Part shown: one piece after another, positions 47,997-61,668 of the stretch | Numbering within the stretch: position 1 is the first letter of the stretch | How the letters are laid out: the number at the start of each line of letters is the position of its first letter | Origin: Rebecca billardiae RCC1528 | Lineage: Eukaryota; Protista; Haptophyta | Length of the DNA: 64,000 bases | Direction: 5' to 3' | Assembly (NCBI GenBank): GCA_965240325.2 | Contig: OZ251224.1 | Span: forward strand, 2,480,001-2,544,000 | Program-made: the position numbers and the translations under genes | The notes under the pieces: model-generated | The model's input: only the letters and a program-made list of their open reading frames with translations | What the model was told of the DNA's origin: nothing | Databases searched by the model: none

Positions 47997-50068
47997 CCCC
48001 TTTATAACGGGCTCCGGGTGATCAGACTGGCGGCCGAAGCCTCCAGCCCTACCCTGGCCAGCCCCCAACCAACCACCACCCTCACCCAACTACCTGTGTC
48101 GTTAAATCATAGAATGAGTACACTGAGGATGATTTCAAAAAAGTCGTATGTCCATGCAATGCATACGGTAGTATCCCCATATGGCTTACTGTCTCAACTA
48201 AAGTAGTAGTAGTTCATCAGCAAGACAGCCCCCCGCCCAAACGACACTGCCCACCCCGCCAGGCAAATGTGCCTATCCTAGCACCAACTGGCAGGCAGGC
48301 TCAGCCTGCGCAGCGGAGCACGCTACCCCCTGCAAAGAGCAGCAGGAAGAGGCGCGCAAACGACACCTCCCCAGGGCGTATTAGCCATCGCCACCACTCT
48401 GCTTAGTGCTTGCTTCCTAGAGCGGCCCACGCCCTGACTTGATGCCCGATGTCGCACACATGTCTGACATGACCCCCTCTGCCTCCATGATAGCCGCACG
48501 AGTGAAATACAGGCGCCTCGCTGCCAGGGCTGCCAGTGGCCCAGACCCCTGCCCAGCTACTGGGCTCGCTGACAGTCCCCTCCGTGACCGTCCCCTTCCC
48601 CGCGCAGGGATCGGCTAGTGGCTGGCCCTCTGCCCACACTGGGGCACCCTTGGGGGTGCCCCTTCTGCCGACTCGGCTCACACTCGATGATCTCGAATTG
48701 CAAGGCAGTGCACTGGCTGCACTGCTTGTACCTGGGACTGCCCACCCCACAGTGTTGGGCTTGTCGGATATCCCACTGCAACAGACTAGGATCTGTCCTA
48801 TGGCATAGGATGAGTTCACCAGAGCGCCAGCGGCTCAGTTTTGCGCATACGATCATCGGTGTTGCTATATCGTACACACAACTCCACCGGCTGTCGACAC
48901 ACACCATCTCCGCCTGCCGCCACTGCCACGGCGGTCGCGCGCGCGCGCGCGCGACCGCGCGCGCGCGCGCGATCCTATGCCATAGGATCCGCGCCAGGGA
49001 CGGCTACATAGGATCGGCATGACAGCGTCAGTTGCTCGCCCCTGGCAGCCGAGCGGCGACCCTGGGCACGGACGGAGCCGGCGGGTGCTCGCACCGGATG
49101 CCCGCGCTGCCGCCCGCACCGCCGCCCACGCCGCCAGGCGCGTTGCTGCCCGTGGCACACCGATTTGGGGCGGGGCGAAGAGAGGGCAACCGCCATCGTG
49201 CGTGGCCGGCCACGGACCTTCCACGATGGTGGCGGCCGTCCTTGTGGACCACAGCCCACGAATCCAAGAGCGTGCGGGTCGAGCGTCGCGTAAATCGACT
49301 GCGGCATACGCATGGCGTGTCTACAGGTGCGATACCATCCACGCACGCGGCATGGCAAGATGTTCCGGCTACCTCCGAGGCTTGCTCAACATGCGCGCCG
49401 ATGCTCGATCGCAACCACCTGACGACGCGAGCGACCCGCAGCGGCTTGCGCGCGCAGCCCCGGCGTGACGTACAATGCCATGCTTGGCGAGGACCAAAAC
49501 GCATTGTGGATGAACCTCGTACGGCTCCGGTCGAACACAGTGAACCGCGATGTGTGAGCATCAAGCTGGGTGTCATCTACAAGTGCCACATGTCGGTCGG
49601 CGTTGCCGCCGTGGAGTCGCAAGGCGGCAGCGACCGCGACGGCTTCACGCGCTCCATCCGTGGAGCCCAAAACATGCGGTGGTGGTCGAAAATCACAACA
49701 AGCTCGCTCTGGCGGATGGTGGCGACACTGCTACCGACCCCTAGGTGCAGTCGTACCATTCGGCAACATGAGAAAATGTCGTCTGCTGAGTCGTCCCTGC
49801 CGGGGCCATCCTATGCCATACAGTAGGATTGAATCCTATGGGATAGGATCGCAGTGGGATATCCGTTGTATGCTGTTGGCAATGGCATACCCCCGCCCCC
49901 TCTGGAGGCGGGCTGTCCACAGTGGAGTGGTGTCAAGGCACTAGGTGTCTCGGTCAGTGGTTTTAAGAGGTTAGGTGAGGGTGGTGCCGGTTGGTTGGGG
50001 GCTGGCCAGGGTAGGGCTGGAGGCATCGGCCGCCAGTCTGATCGTAACCCGGAGCCCGTTATAAAGGG

Positions 50069-50069
<1 letters not shown>
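47997..50069. mobile_element. Non-autonomous TIR element (CCCCTTTATAACGGGCTCCGGG termini, ~90-bp TIR)
   Basis: 47997-48088 is an inverted copy of about 49970-50069. Flanks are AATT and AATA. Internal secondary inverted repeats at 48765-48811 and 49806-49865. Confidence 0.85.

Positions 50070-50122
<53 letters not shown>
50070..50122. repeat. (TA)n microsatellite
   Basis: Direct read. Confidence 0.97.
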
Positions 50123-50126
<4 letters not shown>

Positions 50127-50173
50127 GCGTCAATAAAATGTCAAATGACGGTAGTAGTAGTAGTAACAGTAGT

Positions 50174-53119
50174 CGCTGCGTTCCTGAGCCCCAGCGCCAG
50201 AATTACGCGAGAATAAAGCCGCGGAATTGTTCACATACGAAGAATCGCATTTTCAGCGCACCCGCATCGGTTGGCGGTCTTCGATTGATGAGCGAACGAG
50301 CCCAAAGCCGTGCTATGCGGGCGAGGCAGATCGCGAGAGATTGCCACCGAGGGTTCAAGAGGCCAAGACGAGAGTGTTTTGTCGCCGGTCGTCGGCGGGC
50401 GGCAGGGCTTCGAACGCAGCCCGGCCAGGCCAGGCCGCCAGAGAGTCTCTGCGACATTGCTGGCGTGGCTGAGGAGCTCTCGCGCGGGTCCAGGGACATC
50501 AGCGCTCAGTGTCAGCCGCGTGCACACCTTCGTAGGTCCACATTGGGCGTCGCCCTTTGCTTGCACACGCGCGTGCGCACCTGGTCCCCTTCTGCGGCTA
50601 ATGCGCACTCCGCAATCATTGCTCCTGACGCTGATCGTGCAGGTGCGGGCGGGGGGGGCGAGCCTGCCAGCAGTCGGCGTGCGATGTACGGCGAGTCGCA
50701 CGTTTCCTATTCGGCCCCGATAGCGGCCACTCGAGCTCTTTCCTCGCCGTCGGACACTCTGTGCCCACGCGCCTACAGAGGTCACGGCCCAGATCCGCAG
50801 AAAGCTGCCGCCAGTTCACATCCTCACGTTGTGCCTTCGATCGGCTTGGCGTGCAGTGTCAACAAGCGGTGTGCAGTACTCGTAAGGTCACGCACCAGCT
50901 GCAAGCGCACCTTCGGAGCCCCAGGCTGGCTCCGGGGGCTGCACGCGAGCGCACGCAATGCCTGTACCGCCCGTAGGCCGTACCGCCTTGGCCGGCGCCC
51001 GCGGCTCGACTCGCTGACTAACTCTGACAATCCAGTCGGCTCGACCGCTGCCAGTGCGCGGGCGCCCGTAATCTGCGACTCAGACTGGAGGCGTAGCCGG
51101 GTCAGCCGTCGGCGTGTTGCCGGCGCACGCCCGCCGGGCCCAGTCACTGCAACATTTACTACGGTCTTACACTACTACGGAGCCTCGGTACGTACCGGGC
51201 CGCGGGGCTTTATAAGACTACTGCTCATCACTCGATACTGCGGACCGTCCGCACTATTCACTAACGGGCACGCGGCTAAGGTTCCGTTGACCGTCTGTCC
51301 GTGCGCGCGCAGCTGATGCTGACACTTGACAGCATTGCCATTATGCACGGCTGAATATACTGATGATGATGCAGCAGTCAGCACGCGGACCCAATACTGT
51401 ATTGCAATAAGGTGAGTCACGCTATACGCGGCATATGCTGCGCTAAATGCATGATGACGACTGTACCGTAGTGACGACCGTGTCTGTGATCGAATATCCT
51501 GACTCCGATGAACCGCACCACATGTGACATTCCAGCGGCGCCACCGGAGTCCGGCCGTCCTCCGCCTCCTCGGGCTCAGACTCTGCGGCTCGCGGTGATG
51601 CATGACCGCCGACCGGGCGCGCACCGATGCGCTGCGTGCCCCGCGGTGCCGCCGCGGCGCTGAGACCGCCCACCGTCCATGTCTGGCGCTGCTTCGGAGT
51701 CTGTATGATCGCAGGCGCATAGAGGGTAGGGCGCACGACTGTTCTCGGTAGCGCCGACGCTTCGCGCAGCCCGTCAGCCATGAAGCTGAGCGCGAGTCGG
51801 CGGCACGTTTGAGTCGATGAGCGCTGCCACGGTCCGCGGCGCGAGCGGGTCGCCCCGAGCCGGCAGAGCAGCACCGCCACTGGTCCAGAGGGCAGCGGCA
51901 CTGAGCCGTCGTGCTATGTGACCCGGGGTCTTACCGTCTTAGGCCAGGCCTCGGCGTGGGCAGAGGCGGCCCAGGCCCTGTGGGCCGGCAGGCCCAGGCC
52001 CAGCGGCGAGCGAGTGTTGCTCGGAGCCGCGCCGTCCAGTGTCCGAGACAGCGCGTGGCCCGGTCAACGAGTGCGTCGTGACTGCGCCAGGCGCCGCGCC
52101 ACGTCTGCGACACAGAGCCAAGCACTGCCACTGACGACTGCCGCCGTGCCGACGCATCCACACATCCAAGTCAGTAGGGCTTTGCCATGCCGCACGTACA
52201 ACGGTGCCCACAGATGAGCGTGAGATCCTGTCTAATGAGCCATGAGCATCGACGTGTGATGCAGCACGTCCGGTGGCGGGTAGCTGCGGCACGCGGCGGC
52301 GGCGGTCATGAGAAGTATGCTCGTTGCCACCGACCGCAATATCGCTGTAATCGCTGTGGCCCATCCTCTGCACTGCAGAGGTGAAGAGCGACTGAGCAAG
52401 CCATGCCGACATGCCGCACCGTGCAGCTGCCGGGACGCGCGCGCTGTCACGAGGGCACGCAGGCTGTCGAGAGCAGCGCGGTGGGCAGCATCGAAGACAA
52501 CTCAACGTGGGCCCGGGATGCCCACCTGAGTGGTGGCTGAACCTTCAAATCGCGCCCTTCGATCACCAACTTGTCGGCGGCGCTGGCAAGTTGTCGGGCC
52601 ACGCGCGGCATGGATGATGAACGGCGCAGGCGTGGCAGGCAGAAACAACAGGAGCTGCCGGGACTGCGTCGGCCGCGCCTGCCCGCAGTCGTATCGAGCG
52701 AGGCTACGCGCACTCAAACATCCCCTAGTCCGTGCACGAGCGTTTGTTCGCCATCGACCTCGTACTAGTGTGCCGGGGAGGCGTCGCCTGTCGCCACTCG
52801 GTCTCGTAGATCGTCCGCCGACGAAGGGTCTAGGAGCGTTGAGGGCCTGCAGGATCAACCGATGGAGAGATGCTGCTGTGTATCCTCACAAAAGCGACGC
52901 TTCGGGGCAGATGTTCGAGAGATCGGACGATCAAGCGAAAGTCATAGGTTGCAATTTTGGGCCCACTACGGCGAGACTTACTCACGTGATTAACAAAAGG
53001 TTACCCGCTGCTCAACTTTCGGCCCCCTTCAGCGACGTCTCGACCAATGGCGCGCGTGGGAGGAAAGAAAGGTTCTCTGATCTCGCGTAATTCTGGCGCT
53101 GCGGCTCAGGAACGCAGCG
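50174..53119. mobile_element. Degenerate DNA transposon-like element with 39-bp TIRs
   Basis: CGCTGCGTTCCTGAGCCCCAGCGCCAGAATTACGCGAGA (50174-50212) has an inverted copy with one mismatch at 53081-53119. No clear TSD or intact transposase. Confidence 0.65.
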
Positions 53120-53619
53120 TAACTTCCGGTGCAGGCGGGGGGGGGGGGGGGTGCTACCACCTCGGGGCGCCAGACGCTGCAGGGGGGGGGGGGGGGGGGG
53201 GGGCAACCTGATCAGACTCAGAAGGCCCCACAGAAGGACACAGTGGCAGGGTTACAACATGACTGCAGTATTATCTGCGTGCTGCAGCCTGCATGTAGTT
53301 AATATTAAACCAATAAATGATTTGATGGTCGTCCTTTGATTAAACTGTGCCCTGGCGGGCCCGGGGGGGGGGGGGGACAGGGCAAGAGCCGGGGTGGCAT
53401 CGTGACTACGTGAGTGCTTCGTCGCGTGGCTTCCGCCTCATCAGGAGTGCTTGCGGGGGGATCCCCAGCCTGGGCAGCACGAGAAGGCGGCTCGCTTCGC
53501 CAGCAATGCTGCCCACGAGCTCGCGCCGCGCGTGCGCACGCGCACCCCGGGGCCCGGGTTAGTTAATTGGGGTGGGGTCGTTTGGGGTCTGAACTTGTTC
53601 AAACGCGCCTGGCGCGAGC

Positions 53620-53710
53620 ATAGATAGATCGATCGATAGATAGATCGATAGATAGATCGATAGATAGATCGATAGATAGATCGATAGATAGATAGATACT
53701 AGATAGATAG

Positions 53711-53801
<91 letters not shown>
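53620..53801. repeat. (GATA/GATC)n plus (GA)n compound microsatellite
   Basis: Direct read. Confidence 0.97.
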
Positions 53802-53807
<6 letters not shown>

Positions 53808-54725
53808 GAGAGTTATGCGCCCGATGATCCAAGTCGGGCAGTTGCTCGGAAATAATAAGGCGGGGAACATCGGGCGGTAGTGAGTGAACGGTATAGTTGT
53901 CGTCATCAATAATCGCCTTTGTGGCCCGACGACCGGCGCGCAGGCCGCCAGCGCGCGTTCGACCGGCGCTTGGCATGCACGCGCTCCGAAGACAATGGGC
54001 GAGGTCGCTTCTGAACTTATTCACTATATTATAAGTGTGCATGCATGCATAGCTTGCCAGCGGCGCGCCTGCGTGGCGGTGTGTGCGCCGGTGCGCCGTG
54101 CGGTGGCGAGGGCCGGCCAGCCGCTGACTGGTCTCGCCCTTGCGCTCAGACCCACCCTCGGAGGCCTCAGTTCTCCGGCCGAGCGCGCCTGCATGTGACC
54201 GCCACGCCCACGTGCCTCGGCCTCGGGACGCTTGCTCACTCAGTCAGCTGCAGTCTGACGCGGCCACGGGTCGACCGAAGCCGACAGCGCCTGCTGAAAA
54301 GCGTGACGCGTATTAGTTTGCGCCGCGTGGAGCCGGTGCCAGCGGCGGTGGCGGTGGCAAGCCGGCTGCTGATATCGCTCTCGCGCTCCCTTTATTGATT
54401 ATTTCGCCGAGCGCACCTGCTTCAAGTGACTTTGGTCAGCTGCGGTGGCGCGGGCTTCGTCAGGCGAGGCCGTGAGCGCGTGCGGCTCGGTACCCCTGCC
54501 CGTGCGCGTGTCACGTGAGCAGTCTGCAGTGGGCACTGGCAGCGGCGCACTCCGCGCAGGCAGTCCGCGCGAGACCGAGCGAGGAGTCCGAGCTAGCGTG
54601 GTGCCGTGGTTGGACTGGTTGACGGTCGGCGCATTCCGCACCTGCCAAGCGTTGCACGCTACGCTCCGCCCCGCTCTACCTGACGGCTGAACGAATTCGA
54701 ATAACGACTGCTGACTCTCTCTCTC

Positions 54726-54760
<35 letters not shown>

Positions 54761-55969
54761 ACTGCTCGCGCTGCGTCGTGGGCTGTGGCGCCGCGCGCCG
54801 CGTGTGATGGCCCCTGAATGACCGTCCGTGCTAGCACGGCCTGCAACGAGCTAAAGTCTGATCGAGCGTGGGTGGCGGTCAGCCCCACTCTGCCTGCGCT
54901 GTGCGATGAGTGCGCTGCCAATATAACTAATATAAGTGATGAAGTACCGCAACGCTCTACTTCAGTCTTCTCCGTAGGCGTCAGCGCGCCGCTGAGGTAT
55001 GCGCACGTATAGTGATAATGAGCTTTTCATTTTACGGAGTACGTACGGTGATGATGATGATTATGGCCCGCGGTGCAGGGCGGAGCGCGCAGCGTGGAGC
55101 CCGCACCAGCGGGCCCGAACCACGTTTCAAAAAGATCTTTGATCAAGAAAAAAGGGACGGGGGGCGATTTTTAGGGCTGGCGGAGACCGAGTTTCGAGTT
55201 TTTGAGATCGCATAGTAGAGAGGTCTATTAGGCCGAAAATAACCGCGCCCAGCTGAATCCCTTAAGTAAAGTGCGATCTGGACGTCAGCTGGACGTGACA
55301 TTAGTGTAACGGTTCGTTACGAGCGCGATTTTGTGGGTAGACTCTCGTTCATGTGTGATAGTTTGCCTCCGCCTTGATGAATATGAACTTGGCTTCGCGG
55401 CGGTTGGTATCTAGAGTCTAAAACCCGCAAGCCTTATTGAAAATACCCGCGCAGCTATTCGTTGCCAGCCCATTCCATAGTCACTGACTTACCGAGCTGG
55501 CGAGCTCAAAACCTGCCGCCGTCGCAAGGACGACGTGCTGTGCAGGTTTCTTCTGGGGTGGCGAGCGAGCCGCGACGACTCTTGGTTGGTCCGCAAGGGG
55601 GCGCTCGATGGGCAGGTGCGCGTGGCAAGTGCCGAGTGGCGCCTGGAGCGCGCGTCTGCGGCGGGTCCCGACGGCCGTCGACATCGCGTTCGTGCCCGCT
55701 CACTAGTCACTCCGCACGCCCCTGCCGCGCCCTGTCGATGCCTGCGCGGCCGGCCGGCGCGCGGCCGCGCCGCCGCCGCCGCAGCCGCCGCCCTGTGTTC
55801 GGGCTCTCGCAAGCTCGGGGGCAGCGGCGCATGATGCCGGACTGATCGATCTCTGAGTCTCCGACTTCACCACACGCCCCCTTGCCATGCCTCTCCGCCA
55901 GGGTCTCCCAGAACTCTTCTTCAGAGCAGGCGCAAGTCGAACTCGGAACTGGCCGCGGCCCCGCGCGCC

Positions 55970-56470
55970 GTCGGCTCCCCGTGGCTGTCAGCTCCGCGTG
56001 GCCTGGGCGCCTGGCGTGCCCAGAGCTGGCCGTGCCTCTGCGACGCGTGCCGAGCCTGACCGAGGTGTGTCACCCCGTGCACGCGCGGCGCGCGCAAGCA
56101 CCGGTGCTGCATGGCTGCTCGCACCGTGCTCCCTGGCTCGCGGTCAGTCAGCTCGGCCGCGTGGTGCCTGGTGTGCACGTAGAGTCGCGCTCATGCGTCG
56201 CTCACGCCTCGCGCCCGCCTGTCGGCCGTCGCGCAGGCGCGCAGGTCGAACCCTACTGACCTGCAGATCATCTACTCCTGCGCTGCTGGCGTCGCGGCGA
56301 CGACGGTCAGCGGCAGGCCCGAACGAACGGTCGAATCCGCGCGGTCCCGCGCCGTCCGGCTCCCTGGCTGTCAGTCAGCTCCGCCGGTGGCCTGGCGTGC
56401 AAGAGTCGCGCTCGTGCGTCGATCACGCCGAGTCGCATCCGCCTGTCGGCCGTCGCGCACGCGCAGGGGG
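55970..56470 (+). repeat. Three degenerate direct repeats
   Basis: GCTCCC(C/T)G..TCAGCTC..GTGG..CCTGG-type core at about 55974, 56128 and 56359. The last two share AGAGTCGCGCTC...CCGCCTGTCGGCCGTCGCGCA. Confidence 0.7.
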
Positions 56471-56955
56471 TCAGGTAAGGGCCGTCTGTGATGAGGGCAG
56501 CTCGGCCGACGACCGACATCCACACTCGGCGCACGCCGGCGGCGGCGCGGCGCTGGGGCGGCGCGCCGCTGGATGGAGTCTAGTTACACGTGTACGGGAC
56601 GACTGCGACGGAGGGTGCACCGCCACCGCGGGCCCCGAACTACGTTCGTTCTACGGAAAAGGACCGCGGAACGCGGTCATAGTCGCCCGCGCGCCGCCCG
56701 CGCCGCCCGCTTGCTCACTCACCCAGTCACCAGTCAGCTGCGCCTGCGGTGTCGCTCCCGCGGTGCACCTTGAACCGCAGTTGTCTGGCATCAGTTGCAG
56801 ACACTTGCAGGTGCGGTGCTCGAGCGGCTGCTCTGACAGCACCGCCATGCTGCCACGCGAGGCTGCATGCGCCGGCCCGTGTCCACATCGGACAGCCGAC
56901 AGCGCACTACTCGGCACAGCACGGGCAATATGGCTGCGGAGTACGGACCGCCACC

Positions 56956-59110
56956 TCAGGCGCCGGCCGCCATCGTCGTGGGCGGCGGCGGCGGCCAGCG
57001 CAGCATACCGAGCACGGTGGCCAGCGGCAGGCGCACCGCCTTGGCCTGGCAGTCGTTGGCGCCGTACGCCAGCAGCAGCTCCGTGTCGCCGTGCGCAATC
57101 TCGAGGCCCGAGACGAACTGCACCGACTCGCACTGCGACTGCGCCGCCTCCTCCGCCTCGGCCGCGCCCGCCTCGTGCGCGCGCGCAGCCTCGGCCTCCT
57201 CCGGCGCGTGAGTGGGCAGACACCACTCGTCCGAGTGCGCGAGCAGCGCGTGCGGAGGCTCGGCGTGGAGTGCGTAGAAGAAGTGCAGGTACTTCGCGCT
57301 GAACACCGCCTTGCGCCCTCGGAAGTACGCGTGGTGTGCGTGGCCCACGCCAAGCAGCACAGGCACCGACCCGCCGCCAGCCGCCGCGCCACCGCCCCGC
57401 TGCGCGGCGGTGGCGGTGGTGGCGGCGGCGGCAGAGCCAGCGGGCGGGGTAGCGTCGATTCGCACGAGCGGCGAGGTGCCTGCGAGCGGGCGCGTGCGCG
57501 GCGGCGGGGGCAGCGCCGGCGCCGGATCACGCGGCGGCGGCGGCGGCACGCGCGACGGGCGGCGCTGCGCGCGCACCCGAGTGCCGAACGCGCTTGCACG
57601 AGCGCGCGCCCGCCACCGGCCCGCCCCTGCTGCTGCCCCATCGCAGCGGTAGCAGCGAGGGCGCCGAGGCGAGCGAGTGCGGCTCCGCCAGCCCCCACGC
57701 GGATGCAGGGAGCGCGAAGGGAGGCGCCGACTTGAGAGCGCGCCGGCGCTGTGCGCGCTGGGCACCGGCACCGGCGCGAGCATACCCGGCACGCTCCGCC
57801 GTGCCAGGCGCCAGTGGCAACCGCTGCAGCCCGGACTGCCATCCGGACGGTGGCATTGCCTGCGGTGTGGACCGGTTCACCGCTGGCGGCGGGCGGGGCG
57901 GCGCGGCGCGCGGCGGCGGCAGCAGCTGCGCGCTTACGACCCTCGGGGCAATCCACGCCTGCACACCCACGCGCCCCGCGCGTCCGAGGATGAGCGCATG
58001 GTTCCGCCCTGACACCGCGGCTGGCGCGCATAGCCCGGCGATCGGCTCGAGCGCCACGCGCCAGTCGTCGCTGCGGTTGCCGCCGCCGCCGCCGTCGCGC
58101 AGCCGCCGCCACTCCTGCGGCCGCACGCCAGGGGCTGGCCGGCCAGGCAGCAGGCGCAGCCGCGCGACCTGCGTGGCCCAGTTACACAAGTTGCCCGCGC
58201 ACCGGTCAGCCGCGTGGTGCACGTCAGCTAGGTACGTGACGTACACGTCCGGCGGCGGCGGCGCCGCCGCCGCGGGCGCCGCAGCCGTGCCGGGCGCCGC
58301 TGCGCCCGAGATGGCAGCTCGCGCCATCACGCCTTCTCCACTGCCACCGACGCCGCCGCTGAGCGCGTGGTCGGGCGGCGCGCGCGCGAGGCGCGCGTCG
58401 ACAATCTGCGTGCTCGGGTCGACCGTCGCGCGCTTGCACCGGTCGTCCCGCCCCACCGCCTCGCCGCATGCCGCGAGCAGCCGCGGCGGGCCGCGCGGCC
58501 GCAGCGCGCCGTCCGTGGCGACGAGAGACGTGTGCTTCTCGCCGCCGCGGTGGTAGTAGGCGTCGGCAAAGGGGCCGATGGGCGGCCCCGCGCAGGCGTG
58601 CTGCCAGTCCACGCGGTACGCCACTAGGTAGCCCGATGCACCGTAGCGCACCACCGACGGGTTGAAGGCCGCCATGCCGGCGCGGCGCGGCAGGGCGAGT
58701 GCGAACGGGCGCGCTCCCTCCAGCACGCGCGGCGTGCCGAGGAGGCAGCCGGCGTGGGCGTGTGCGCGCAGCACTTTGTTGGAGGCGAGCGAGGGCCGCC
58801 ACAGCTGCGCCGACGTGTAGTTGGGCGCCCCCTCGTCCCGCGCGAGCGCGAACTGCTGCGAGGGCGCGCACTCGGTACTCGGCGTCCGGCGGCGCGGGCG
58901 GACCGGCAGCGCGTGCGCCGCGCCGACGGCGAGGGCGGCGCCGGCGGTGGAGGCGTCGGCGGAGGGCGAGCGCGCGGGGTCAGAGCCGGCGGTGCGCGTG
59001 GTGCGCGGCAGCAGCGCCGCCACGGCGAGCAGCGCGCATGCCGCCGCCCTGCCGCCCCCTCCAGCGCGGCGCCGCACCACCGCGGCCGGCATCCGGCGAG
59101 GTACCGTCAT
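56956..59110 (-). CDS. Membrane-anchored/secreted five-bladed beta-propeller glycoenzyme (GH130/GT91 mannosyltransferase-like); intron 57480-57576
   Basis: AFNPSVVRY, VDARL, spliced HSG|TSPLVRI, LLGVGHAH, YLHFFYAL..PP..SDEWC, VQFVSGLE and LLLAYGANDC; hydrophobic N-terminal segment. Confidence 0.65.
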
Positions 59111-59203
59111 GGCAATTCGTCGATATTCGTCATCAATTAAATACAAGAGGGCTCTGACCCCACAACCCCCTGTGTGACTCACAAGAGAGGTGGCCACCAA
59201 ATT

Positions 59204-59333
59204 CCCCTTTATAACGGGCTCCGGGTGATCAGACTGGCGGCCGAAGCCTCCAGCCCTACCCTGGCCAGCCGTAAGGGGTAGGGCTGGAGGCTTCGGCCGC
59301 CAGCCTGATCACCCGGAGCCCGTTATAAAGGGG
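59204..59333. mobile_element. 130-bp MITE, internal deletion derivative of the 47997-50069 element
   Basis: Same CCCCTTTATAACGGGCTCCGGGTGATCAG... TIR in both orientations, flanked by AATT on both sides. Confidence 0.9.
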
Positions 59334-59418
59334 AATTTAAAAAAAAACGACGCGCGATCGTCGTCGCCAAAATGCATCGTCGTCCGCAAAGGATGATGAC
59401 GACAAATCATCCAGCACG

Positions 59419-60567
59419 ATGGCGGCGGTCGTGCTGCTCACGGCGGTGGCAATGTGCTTCCCGGTGGTCCCCACGACGAAGACCCCTGTCTCGCGATCAT
59501 GGGCTCGCGCGCCTGTCACATCCAATCGGCTGCACACACACGGCTCAATCCCCGTGATCAGCGGCCCCGCCGAGCGCGATGATGCCGCGCGTGCCTCGGA
59601 GAGGATGCCACAGGTCAGTGTCGAGGAGGGCATCCACTTGGTGTACACGTTTGCCGGCACCACGCACACCCAGCGCGTTGTCCGCTCGATGGCATCCGCA
59701 CTGCGCTTCGCATCGCCCCAGACAGCAAAGCGGCTGCGCTTCCACCTCTTCACAGACAACGCGACTATCACGCGCCTCGCTCACAAGCGCATCGTCAGCG
59801 TCTTCGGGCCAAGCCGCGTACGCCTGTACGCAGACTCCCTCGGCGTCGTCACGCCTGCGCGGCGCGTGCGGCACGCGTTGAACCGCGCTGCGTTCAGCCA
59901 TGCGTCGAATTACATGCGCTTCTACGTGCCGGCCATCTTCGCGCGGCTAGGGCTGCGTCGCTTCCTCTACCTTGACTCGGACACCCTCGTGATTCATGAC
60001 GTGGGTCCGCTGTACGATGGCGCATTCGCGCACACGCCGCACGCGGTGGCCAGCCCGCAGCAGCACGACGACCACTGCAGGCTCGAGAAGGTCGTCAACA
60101 TGGACGCCCCGAAGATCGTGGCGGCGCTGCACGACGCGCCGCAGCGGCCGTGCCTCGATGCGGGTGTGCTGCTGGTGGACGTGCATCGCTGGCTGGCGGC
60201 GAATCTCACCGCGCAGGTTGAGTACTGGCTGGAGCAGAACACGCGTGAATGGCTCTGGGCCCTCGGCTCGTTCCCGCCGCTCGTCGTCGTGCTGCGCAAC
60301 CGCGACTGGGAGCGGCTGCCCCGTGCGCAGGCCTTCGACATGAAGCGACCGCGCGGAGTCGTACGCTTCTGCTGCAACCGCAACGAAAGCACGACTATCG
60401 ACGTGCCGTGGGACACCGCGGTGGTGCTCCATCCCGTTAAGAAGCTGGTTGGGCGCACGCGACTCGACGAGCGCTTTGGTTGGATGCATCCGGAGGTCGA
60501 GCGAGCCATCCTCGACGGCAGATTACACCAAGTGAAGCGTTTACACCCTTTGATGCCAGCAGCCTGA
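59419..60567 (+). CDS. Glycosyltransferase family 8 (GATL/GAUT-like), copy 1
   Basis: NYMRFYVP, FLYLDSD (DxD), AGVLLVDVHRW and LWALGSFPP; N-terminal hydrophobic anchor. Confidence 0.9.
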   Translation: MAAVVLLTAVAMCFPVVPTTKTPVSRSWARAPVTSNRLHTHGSIPVISGPAERDDAARASERMPQVSVEEGIHLVYTFAGTTHTQRVVRSMASALRFASPQTAKRLRFHLFTDNATITRLAHKRIVSVFGPSRVRLYADSLGVVTPARRVRHALNRAAFSHASNYMRFYVPAIFARLGLRRFLYLDSDTLVIHDVGPLYDGAFAHTPHAVASPQQHDDHCRLEKVVNMDAPKIVAALHDAPQRPCLDAGVLLVDVHRWLAANLTAQVEYWLEQNTREWLWALGSFPPLVVVLRNRDWERLPRAQAFDMKRPRGVVRFCCNRNESTTIDVPWDTAVVLHPVKKLVGRTRLDERFGWMHPEVERAILDGRLHQVKRLHPLMPAA

Positions 60568-60904
60568 CGAGCACGTCACTGCATACTCCGCCCATGCCGG
60601 TGCCAGGCGAGAGAAGTACTCAAGTATGGCGGCAAGCAAGTCGTCGTCGTCATATGTGACTTATTAATCCTACTAATAAGGCTCACTGTTAAAGCTAAGC
60701 TACTCTAATTAAGTCTAATCTGATCTGACGAGGACTTTCGTAGCTTGAGCCTAGCATACTAGCTTCAACTGACTGATCAGACTGCTGCTACTATCAGTCT
60801 ATCACCAACTGCGACATCAGTCACAGTCGTATACTAATTAGTCATTTCAGAGTGCCAGATTTACTGACGCCGCCGACATTCTGCCTTAGCTCAGTTAGCT
60901 CTGG

Positions 60905-61106
<202 letters not shown>

Positions 61107-61668
61107 AGCACCAAGCCAGTGCCCCCACCTGAGCGGCGCCATGCGGCATGCTCCAAGGCGCGAAGGACGGCGACGCGGAGGACGGCGCTCAGCGCAAAGT
61201 GGGGCGCACTGCCGCTGATGTGGAGCGGCCTTCGCGCCGCGATTTCTCCTTGCTTGCGGACCGCCGAACAGAGGCATGGCGCCGCACCTTACCGCGCGTG
61301 GTCGCCGTGCGCGGCCTCGCCGCCCTCCGGCAGCGTCAAGTGCCGCTCGGATAGTAGCAGCGACGCAGCGGACCCGGGAGGCAAACATACCCCGGCAGAC
61401 CTCCGCCGCTGTCGTCGCCAGCGGAGTTGCTCACCCTGATTCTACCCTTCTTGGCGGCCCAGGGAGGCAGCAGGAGCGGGCGTTCCTCCCCGCACCCATT
61501 CTATGATTTAACGACACAGGCACCGATCACACGCCAATACACTGAAAATCAGGCACGAAAAAAGGCCGCAGAAATGACGAAAGCGAAAGATGACGATCGT
61601 CCCCAAAATGCATCCGTAAATCCGTATGGGGGTACTGGTAATCCTTGGAGAAGCATGGATCATCATCC

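Noticed and set aside
49019-49826. Transposase inside the 48-50 kb element
   Set aside because: No recognisable catalytic motifs in any listed frame.
55100-55480. Transposon-end-like AT-richer segment
   Set aside because: No partner inverted repeat or TSD found in the window.
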